Shown: in pieces, positions 25,370 through 34,938 of the stretch
Numbering within the stretch: the first letter of the stretch is position 1
How the letters are laid out: every line of letters starts with the position of its first letter
Assembly: GCA_910592345.1 (NCBI GenBank)
Contig: CAJVPI010000254.1
Location: 1-38,641 of the forward strand
DNA: 38,641 nt
Direction: 5' to 3'
Source of the DNA: Paraglomus brasilianum
Taxonomy: Eukaryota
The notes under the pieces: generated by a model
Databases searched by the model: none
Told to the model about the DNA's origin: nothing
What the model saw: the letters and a program-made list of their open reading frames with translations, nothing else
Translations under genes and position numbers: made by a program

Positions 25370-26417
25370 AAATAAATATCATGCCTTTTTAATCAAATGT
25401 GTCATGATCATCGCTATCATCATCCCGGGGGTCAAGGATCCGCCGATATAATAATAAATGTACAGTAGATCCGAAATCTTTATGGATCGTCGATAATATA
25501 ACGTAAATCCATAAATCTAAGTCACAGTCATTATTTGTTCTAGTTGTATGAACTCGTTATACTGATAATTTATTACGATTTAGTGCGTAATCTAAAGAAC
25601 CAATGCATAGTTCGCCGATGGCAAATTTCGATATATAAATAGAACGAGATTTGGGTAAGAAAAATCATTATCAAAGCGTTCGCTCAATAAATCAAATATC
25701 GAACCAACTATTAACGATTTATCAACTTCAAAATGCAACTCGATATTTTCGATAAATTTTCGTTCGCGATTTCCATCGCCGTAATCGCGCTCTACGGGGG
25801 GCATCGTATCGACAGAGATACTTTTTTCTACTATCCCTAAAAATACAATAATTTATACAAGTCTTGCAATAATGGTTTTTTATCTACGTGAATGTTCGCA
25901 CTCTGTCTATATCACCTCCTACGGATCCAAAAATGCAAAGCGTAGAACAAGCTATTTATCTTTCAATAACAGAATAGATGTATACCGAAACAGAATGGAA
26001 ATCCGAAGTTAAAGTGGAGGTTTGTGAACGGTCGCAACCTCGGATTACGTTTTATCGCTCGTTATTATAATAAATTGGTACTCAGTACTTATACACTCGC
26101 ATTCCATAATAGGGCAAGTATCTATGCAAACATATCAGTCTGAGTATCGAGACCATTTAGGGTTGAATTCACCGCCTCGTAAGGAAAAAGAGCAACGATC
26201 TCCCACGAAAATCAAAATTTATTATCAGGAGAAATTGGTCACAGCCTGCTACACTTGCAAATTCTATCGGCACCAAAAATGTTCGCAGAGAACATAATTA
26301 GACAAAATCGAAGCTTGGATTGAGAAAGAAAGACTCACGAAATTAGGAAGGTCCCGCATCTAATTTCGCTGTCATTAACAGCAGTGAAATAACTTTTTAA
26401 GTAGCGGTAGCAATATA

Positions 26418-27254
26418 CATAGGCAGATTCGATAAGTCGGTCACGGATGGTTGGCTTGGTAGACCGACTTATCAAATCCATGTGAATAATTTAGTAAAAT
26501 TTTATTTTTTATAGAAAGCGAATCGTTAGATAAAAAAACCGTTATTCTAAATAAATATCCATGCTCGTTTGTATCGAAGAATCCGTTCGCTTCTTCACAG
26601 TTCCCATTTTAAGTCTCTTAACCCTGAAACCAATAAACTGTTTACTTTTATATCGTTATTCTGCTGCAAATAGTTATAAATTTTGAATGCTTTCTAAAGC
26701 CACTTTGTTAAATACATAAAAACCTCATTTTTGTCGTCATCTTCTCCTTCATCCTCAGGAGGCTGCAATAATTTCGTATCATTAGGAATATCGTTTGTTT
26801 CTAAAGTACTGTCAATTTCAATGCAGTCTTTTCCTCTCATGACGCAATTGTATGATTTCATCTTCTATCTCAATGTCATTATCTGGTGGTCATAGTTAAT
26901 GACTTCCGACTCGTCAGGCAAAATATCAGTTCTCTCCCAGCACCTATATATTACATCTTCAGTCACATTTCTGCAACCCGGTCGATTGTATTTAAAATAT
27001 TTAAAGTAGGAATATTCCTATCCTATCTTTTTATATTAGCGTTACAGTATAATTAAAAAATTTATATGATCGACTGCACTGAAATAGTAATGATGTTCTC
27101 CGAATACCACGTGAGACCGAAGGCGCGACCGACGAGAAATTAAAAAAAAATTTTAAAAATTAAAAATTACAAAAAAGAATTAAAACAAATTTACATAGCA
27201 TTAAAGAAGGGCTAAAAAATTTTGACCGAGTCCGACTTATCGAGTCTGCCTATG
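26418..27254 (-). mobile_element. pogo/Tigger deletion derivative with transposase C-terminal remnant
   Basis: TA|CATAGGCAGATTCGATAAGTCGG ... CCGACTTATCGAGTCTGCCTATG|TA. Minus-strand VTEDVIYRCWERTDILP...IQTSMDIYL is typical of Tigger C-termini. Confidence 0.9.
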
Positions 27255-27481
27255 TATTCTGTAGCAATGATGATAATGGCGGTAATAGCGGTAGCTAGAC
27301 TATGTAAAAGGTTTGGGATCCGGCATTTATGCTTTATTCACGCTTCTATCTATATGTTATCCTGGCGCCGTACGGCATCCTAGTGTGTTGTTAAAATTTA
27401 ATCTCATGTCAAAATAAATTTTATGTCGTTCACTTGCCAAAAACGTGCAACAAGAGAGGTATGCAGGTTTCAAACATCAAT

Positions 27482-27548
27482 CAACGTGATAGGCCCCGAG
27501 CGCAGCAAAATATAAACGCGCACACGTTCTTTTGTTTCCTTCTCCAAC
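27482..27548 (+). promoter_or_regulatory. Conserved TATA-containing promoter/5'UTR block of CRN-like gene 1
   Basis: CAACGTGATAGGCCC...ATATAAACGCGCACACGTTCTTTTGTTTCCTTCTC-CAAC-ATG; 34/35 identical to the inverted copy at 37706-37740. Confidence 0.7.
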
Positions 27549-30080
27549 ATGGACACAAACGAATATAACGCATTAGTACAGAGCAGTTAATCCTGGAGCT
27601 GATGATGGAAAAATCTTCCAAGCATACTTTGACCAGCAAAGACAAGGTAAGCAAGCAATGAATACACGTTTATTGGGAGGATAGTTGAAATGCATTACGA
27701 CATGCGTTGGGGTTGGGACATAGAGCAGAGTCGTTGCAAAGGTTAGGTTATACGTATACTCGTTTGAAAGACAAATAAGCAAGATATGATACATTTGGGT
27801 TAAGTAGAGGAGGAAGAATAATTCGAATGCTGTTATTGGTTTTGTGCTATATTGCAAGAGAGGCAGTTGGGCGTTATTAGCTGGGGCAGAGTAGTGTTGT
27901 CAGTTGGGATTGAGACATAGAGCAGAGTTTGTAGCAAAGGTTAGGTTATATGTGACTTGTTTCAAAGACAAATTAGCAAGGTATAATATGGTTGGGTTGG
28001 GTTAAAGTGAGTAGGAGCAATAGAGGGAGAATAATTGAAATGCATTATGACATGCATTGGGGTTGGAGAGTCATACAATGATTAGGTTTATAACACAAAA
28101 TGCTTATTATTATTGCAAAGTTAACTAATGCTTGTTCACATTACTTCACATCTGATTTGTTTCATCTCTGCTATGACTACTCACTGACATTCTCTTTTTG
28201 TTGTGTCTATGGGCTCATTTGCCTTCCATCCATCCAGCTGCCACTACTGGTGAGTGATTTTTTTTATCTACCACATTCTTTTATTCATGCCACTAATGGC
28301 ATTTAATGTGTTTGAACATCCCAACCTGTGCTGCTTTCACTGCTATTTCATTCTAATTTCCCTTGTTGTTAATTATTTGATCATGCCACCTTATACTTAA
28401 CCTTCAACCTACACATGTTCATGGGTGACCTCTGTTCCATAGTGCTGTGCCACCCATCTATCCTAAACTAACTTCTGTCTTCTATTACTATGTTTGGTCA
28501 GCCTATTACTATGGTGCAAATATCTTTGGCAAAGGCTATGATGACCTCTGTGTGATTTCCAAAGAGCGATTAGACAAGTTTGACAAATGGATGACCCAAA
28601 ACCCAATTGGCCTCCTATGCAGTCCACCACATTCTGGTAAAACAATGCTTGCAGGATTTCTCAAAGAATATTCAACAAAGCAAGGTTGCAGGGTTATAAC
28701 TGTCTTGATGATCAATTTTCTTTCCTATGGAAAAAATCAAAAGGCCTTTAATAACAGCTGGAGAGAAAATGGGGGGGAGATCTCATGGGAGGATTGGCGT
28801 AGGTCTAAGATTCCAACAGATGTCATAATAGATGAGGCCCAGATAATTTACCATCATGGTCTCTTTTTTTTCTGGAATTCACTCAAGTCACTCAAGCAAG
28901 GAATCCTAACTTGCGTGTGCTTCTTCTGAGTATATATGAACCGAGGTTCAATGCCAGCAGCAATCAGGCCACACCAATCGACTTTGAAGAAACCTTGGGA
29001 TTGGATGATTTGCGCATGCTGCGTAGCGAGTTTGAAACATTAACAAACGAATTTATCAATGCATCTATTGACAATCAAGACCCGATAAAGAAAGTTAGCA
29101 TCACCATCCCAACAGAAATACGTAACGCCATCTTCAATGCCACCCGCGGACATGCCGGCCTTGTCAGGATAGTCTTGAATCTCCTGCAGGATGAATATCG
29201 AGATGGTGCTCAAAATGCTTCTAAAATGTTTGAGTATCTGCTCTCTTCTAGATTTCGGAGCACCATTATTGACACACGCGCATTTGCGTGGCATCAGAAC
29301 TTGGAATTTGATGCCAAGGAAATCGAATTTCTACGGAATGCTTTATACCAAATGGACGATCAATCAACCTTCCCTGCCTATTACTATCTTTATTTATCCA
29401 AAGACACCATTACCAAATTCATATACTCTGGGATGATAACTGATGCCGGTAAAAAGTCTAATGGTCGTATGCAATTTGTCGCTCCAATCGTGCGTCTTAT
29501 GTTGCGTCAACGCGTATTCACTTATCACGCTCAGTTGAATAACTTGTCCACAACCAGCAACTTTGATGAATTTTTAAAAATCACAATCCAGCGCATGCAA
29601 CCATCAATATTAAAAAAATCTCTCAGCAATAGTAATAGTAAGAATCATCCCGATTCGAGATTGTTTGAGAAGGCCTGGCAACACGAATGGTACAGGGCTG
29701 CTAGTACTGTCGTGCCACCTCACAGTTCGTTCTCAATTAGTGCTGATGTCAGCAGTATCTTTGGCTCTTCAGAAAAATTAGACTTTTACGTCAATAATGA
29801 ACTCCAGTGGGGAGTAGAACTGCTACGCGAGGGAGAAGGGATGCAGGAACATGCAAACCGTTTTGATTCCGATGGAATATACTCCAAAATTAACTTCAAT
29901 AATTGGGTGATAATAGACTTCCGACACGAATCGAAAAAGCTCCTCCAACCAATGGAAGCCTTTTGGCACGTGTTATACAGCGACGATTTTGGCAAGGTAA
30001 CAGTAAAACGTAAAGGCCATCCTGATATGAAATTGACTTTAGGAGAAGGCGGTGACGCCTTGGGGAAACAGGAACGTTGA
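27549..30080 (+). pseudogene. Crinkler-like NTPase + REase gene, frameshifted
   Basis: Exon 1 is 27549-27646 (TAA at codon 14; the homologous peptide is in another frame). Phase-1 intron 27647-28501 with a CTAAC branch; exon 2 from 28502. Walker A SPPHSGKT, Walker B VIIDEAQ, second frameshift near 28900, ATRGHAGLVR, and a PD-(D/E)xK-like C-terminus EKAWQHEWY...LDFYVNNELQWGVELLREG...IIDFR. Frameshifts could be sequencing errors. Confidence 0.85.
27647..28066 (+). repeat. Repetitive G-rich 5' half of the CRN-like intron
   Basis: Modules GAAATGCATTAYGACATGCRTTGGGGTTGG and ACATAGAGCAGAGT..GCAAAGGTTAGGTTATA..AAAGACAAAT.AGCAAG recur at ~27665-27790, ~27902-27985 and ~28023-28066, and inverted at 37240-37576 and 37820-37914. 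Confidence 0.9.
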
Positions 30081-30667
30081 CCAGCGTCAGGGCCAGTCCT
30101 CAAAACATGTATGCGGGCAACGACGATAAAGATCGTAATCTCAAAGTTAAAATACGTAAATGAGTTAAATAGTATTTCCACCGAAATGATGCGTGCTCGT
30201 GGAGTTGCATATCGCCGTGCTTATAAAAATGCTATCAAAATGGCACGAAACATATTATATCAGAAGGTAGGTAAATCATACGAAAATTTAATGGTAATCA
30301 GCTAAGGTACGAAGATTTATGGTAAATAATCCTGTAGAAAGATTATGGGAAAGGTTTGTAGAATACGCGAAACCGCCTACCGAAAATAACGTTTCAATAA
30401 ATACTGAGACAAAAAAAATTATAAGCTCCAATTTTGCAAAACACTTAAATCTGTTGTCGAAAAATATGATATATTCTATCATAAATTATGCATATATCCA
30501 TTCCCGAAAAAGTTGGTGCACTGGAAACTATGAGATGATAACTGCTTATCATACTCAGTATATCGAAAGCCGATCAGGAATTTGCCTGCCAGGTCGCACA
30601 TCCCGACACGTCGTACAGCCCATAATATTTCTATTTATGGTTGGCGTTCTAAATACATGGAATAATA

Positions 30668-30851
30668 CACAGGCAAACTCGATAAGTCGGTCTCTCGATG
30701 ATTCAATTTTGGCCTAAGAAGGCCAAAACTTCCCAAGCTTTTTTCTCAGTTTTAATATTTAAAATCTCTCGATAAGTCGGTTCTCTCGATAAGTCGGTTC
30801 TCTCGATAAGTCGGTCCATCATACATGACCGACTTATCGAGTTTGCCTGTG
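30668..30851. mobile_element. 184-bp pogo/Tigger-type MITE, copy 1
   Basis: TA|CACAGGCAAACTCGATAAGTCGGTC ... GACCGACTTATCGAGTTTGCCTGTG|TA, perfect 25-bp TIRs; internal 17-bp tandem TCTCTCGATAAGTCGGT x3. Confidence 0.96.
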
Positions 30852-31212
30852 TAATAAGGCAATTAACTTTACACACGAAAGCGCAGTACTACCGCGCTTT
30901 GTAGTGGTATCGCAGTGTAAGGTTTTTATTCGTCCGATAATTACGAAATCTCGATAATTCGGTTCGGACAGCTGTAAGTGATCAACTGTATAAATTAAGT
31001 ATTAGTATTGTAAAAGACAACTTTAATTTGGGTATTGACAAATCATTACCATATATGTAATAATTTCCTTTAATTCAGTAATATTAAAGTTAACGTAGCA
31101 TCTAGCGCTTAATATCAACTTTAATATTAACGTAGCATCTAACGTTAATGAACGTTTAAATCGAAACTCGTGGTTGACTTCTAATTTCAGCTTCGCATAT
31201 GAAAACTGTTTA

Positions 31213-31774
31213 CAGTCAAAGCTTGTTATGATAGAACTACGTTATAATAGAATCGTTTTGTAAGAGAACTTTTTTTTGTCCCGATTTTCATATATTAAAA
31301 ATTGCTCGTTATAATAGATTTTACAGTAACTCGCGTTATCGTTATTAGTTATAATAGAATTTTGGTAAATCAGTCTATTCACAATTAGTCGCACTATAAA
31401 TAATGGAATAGTGCTTCAGCAATAGAAATCCAATTCAATATTAATATTATTGGTTGGATAAATTGGGTATAAAACGGATATTCAGCATCTAAAGCGCTTA
31501 GTTGCGGCTAGATAGGTTTATTTCATAATTCTGTGACATATCATACCGATTAGTATGCCTTTATTTACTGAATGCAATAAATACACGTATTCATTACTAA
31601 CGATAATTTTTTGAGTGAATTCATGGATCAAAGAGGAATAAAATTTACGCTATAATAGAATTACACGTGTAATCACTAAGAAGTCCACTATAACAATTAT
31701 ACACATTATTATGGAACTGCTATAAGAGAGTTCATGGGTTGTGCCCAGCTCTCTATTATAACGAGCTTTGACTG
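31213..31774. mobile_element. pogo/Tigger-type MITE, 562 bp
   Basis: TA|CAGTCAAAGCTTGTTATGATAGA ... TCTATTATAACGAGCTTTGACTG; repeated internal GTTATAATAGA motif. Confidence 0.85.
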
Positions 31775-32162
31775 ATTGTTATGTTTACGATTTGTCGCGT
31801 CCTCAAACACTTTAAATTTCTACACGTAACGCCGATGAGGCAATCTGTTTATTCTTTCTTGCCACGAATATCAGATACAAAGGACGATACTTGCTACTAC
31901 ATAAATCAAGAAGTCTATATTTTAAATCTTTAACAACCTGCACACAATTTATTAGCTAGCGTTTATTGCAAGTAATAAAATGGAAAGGACAACTTGACGT
32001 AAGTTGTTTTACTTTTCATATTGTTCGTTACCTAATGTCTATATTACTAATGTTTTTTCTGTCAATAAGACGAACATATTTCGAAGAACAACTTTACGAA
32101 TAATGAACGTCAGGTTCTAATTTCGGGAGATAGTGTGAGTAAGCCTTTAGACATTTGGTCGC

Positions 32163-32649
32163 TTACAATATATGCGGATTTTGCGTTCTAATCCAGGTAT
32201 AAAGCTTTTCCCCTGCTTCTGGAAATAAGGCTTTTCTACCAGAGCCGATCCGCTTACTTTTCTCCTTTGTTTTGCTTGTCCATTTTGAACTTGTACTTAC
32301 CCAACAACTTACCATACCACAATCAATGTCAAAACATCTTGCTGCTTGGTTATTTCCATAGTTTTTTGCGTAGGCAATAACATCCTTTTTATGTTCAACT
32401 GAGTACGAATTTCGCGTTTGTTTTACGTTTAACAGTTTTAACAACTCTTCTCCGTTTTGTCATTTGTATAGAAGAAGAATAGGTTTAAACCTGTTTCGCG
32501 TATTACGTGATAAATCACAAATGATGTTCTATCGACAAAAATTACATGATTTGATGGTTGCGTGGTCGAATTTCTTTCGTTTTATTAAACTACCCGAAAA
32601 TAAGCAATACTATAACAAAAAAGTGTTGCTTATATTCGGAAGAATACGG
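32163..32649 (-). mobile_element. 5' end of a pogo element (BrkDBD-type HTH), truncated
   Basis: Minus strand starts TA|CCGTATTCTTCCGAATATAAG. ORF RNSYSVEHKKDVIAYAKNYGNNQAARCFDIDCGMVSCW...IGSGRKALFPEAGEKLYTWI. Confidence 0.85.
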
Positions 32650-32702
32650 TAAGTATATTAAAAGAACAAAAAAAAAATAAAAACATGGTAGCAGAAAAAG
32701 AA

Positions 32703-34215
32703 TTACAAACAAAGATCTAAGTACTGAAAACCTTTTACGGCGAGCTTATTTAATTCAGCTGTACTCGATTTTTTCACAACTTCAACAATATGGTCCACAC
32801 AATTTACCGTTGTTTTTCTATAGAGTTTTTTAATCAACCCAAAACTACCATCACACTTGAATTTAGTATGTCCAGGTATCATAAAATTAAGTTCGATGCT
32901 TTCATAGTAACACAAATTACCAAACATGAATAAAATCAGATGGTCGCGTTGTTTTTATTCTGTCCACCTGCATTATCGCAAGTAATTTTTAAATGCTTTT
33001 CGCCTTTGTTCAATCTCTTAATCCCAACGAATGCCATGCTCAGTGTGTCATTAGGACCTTTCCCTATTATTTCGTTCTCATCGAGGACGTAATTAATTTG
33101 TTCGCGTGCTGTTTCATTTGAATCCGAATAAATGCACTTTACGGACTAAGATAGTAGATCTTACTTAACTGTTGATCGGAATGGGGTACATGAACATTTT
33201 GTGCCAAATTGTAACTGTAATGAACAGTAGTGCCATTGCTACAACAATCAGCCTTACCTTCCGTCGCAAGATAATTCTCGTCCACCAATTTTCTCTGTTC
33301 TGCTAATTTTGTGTTTCTGTTATAATGATTTCTTTCTAATTTAGCCTTAACTAAATGTTCTTTGTATTTTTTCTTGCTTGCGAGCATTATACTGTAAACC
33401 GTTTCGAAATGTCACATAAATCCGATCTTGGACGCATGATTTGAATATAAGGCGTTAATTGGTGCCATAACTTGCGGGAACGCATCATATTTTAACAATT
33501 TTAACGCACTATCGTTTTCGAGACCTGCAAAGACCTGCAATAAAATTACGATAAACCGATTTGTAACTCATTTCAGCTGGCAAAAGTATAAGCGATTAAA
33601 TAATTCGGTTGACGTTTCTACCAGGACTTCCATGAATTTCGGCATAGTTTTCAAGAAAATTCTTCACGGCGGTTATATCAATGGTTATTTTGGTTTTCCC
33701 ATCGCGGCATTTTTTTTACATTACCATGAACGCGCGGTATATACCATTCGTCGCTAAGTGTTTTCCAAATGAGTGCGACCAATTCCCAACATATTGGGAT
33801 ACGTTTTCTGACAAAGCGGCATATTACAATCCCAATAATAAAAAGTTCTCTAATTAGCACGCGCTTGCTTTTAAGACGTCGGCTTGCAGTTATTTTGACA
33901 CCATTCGTTGGGCTATTAAAAATATATCTTGTTTGGATCTAGAGAGAGCTTTAAACGCTTCACGTAATTCTGCAAACTTCTCTTCTGTAATATTTTTTGA
34001 ACAGCCACAATTGCAACCTATCTCCGCTAGGCACCGTCACCGTGGGCCGTGACGTAGCCAATCGTAAATAAAGAACGATTCTTTTTAGTGATAAAAACTG
34101 TTCTTTCAACATAGACAGTATGCAAAATTTTTTTGAAACCGCACCAGGGTATGTTAGTATGATCAAAGGGGTAGTCGTACTGACTGTATTTCGCTAGATG
34201 CCGCCGATACGTCAA
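32703..34215 (-). pseudogene. Fragmented Sola-like transposase
   Basis: Ordered minus-strand fragments IPRVHGN, HYSYNLAQNVHVPHSDQQLSKIYYLSP, INYVLDENEIIGKGPN, ITCDNAGGQNKNNA and FMIPGHTKFKCDGSFGLIK; the DNxxGQNKN and GHT..CD motifs are Sola-type. No TIRs found. Confidence 0.75.
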
Positions 34216-34345
34216 TAATTATAATTTTCCATATACAGATAACCCTATATATAATTTTTATCGTTTTGTAATTTGTTTTTCAATGCTGTATTTAGAATAA
34301 CGATAAAACAGTTACATTTTTTTTTCCATAATATACACGTCAATA

Positions 34346-34529
34346 CACAGGCAAACTCGATAAGTCGGTCTCTCGATGATTCAATTTTGGCCTAAGAAGG
34401 CCAAAACTTCCCAAGCCCTTTTCTCAGTTTTAATATTTAAAATCTCTCGATAAGTCGGTTCTCTCGATAAGTCGGTTCTCTCGATAAGTCGGTCCATCAT
34501 ACATGACCGACTTATCGAGTTTGCCTGTG
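34346..34529. mobile_element. 184-bp pogo/Tigger-type MITE, copy 2
   Basis: Same orientation as 30668-30851 and 182/184 identical to it; TA on both sides. Confidence 0.96.
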
Positions 34530-34938
34530 TATATATCAATTTCTTTATTTTTACTAAAACTGGCTCAAAACATTTTATCATTGTTAATTCTGTCATTAAA
34601 GACGTTTTTGAACATGCTATATTAGCATTCAATAACAACCAATTTGGGTTTAATATTAAGTTTAATATCCATTATAGCATTAAAAGTGGGTTAGGGTTTG
34701 ATAATTTGCTTGCTGAAACATCAACAATGAACTTGCAAAAAGACATTTTTTATAATATTTATTCTTGCTAAAAAAGCACCATTCACTTACAAATCTTTCC
34801 ATAATATTAACACACATAAGCTTCCACCTATTACTATGCAACCCCATCTCATGAAATCATCTATTACTATACCTCATACACCCAACACATCCACTGCATG
34901 TTCTCTAATCTTTTTGTCCACCAATCACCACATGCCCT

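Noticed and set aside
27349..27383. 35-bp mini-Helitron (A|TC...GCCGTACGGC...CTAG|T)
   Set aside because: The hairpin is only 3 nt from CTAG and the element is implausibly short; it could be chance.
28443..28501. Upstream acceptor at 28442 / ORF start at 28447 for CRN-like gene 1
   Set aside because: It would need the exon-1 frame containing a TAA. The 28501 acceptor has a branch site and matches the phase-1 intron of gene 2.
30765..30816. CRISPR-like or iteron-like short repeats (TCTCTCGATAAGTCGGT)
   Set aside because: Head-to-tail with no spacers; they are internal copies of the MITE TIR motif in a eukaryotic context.
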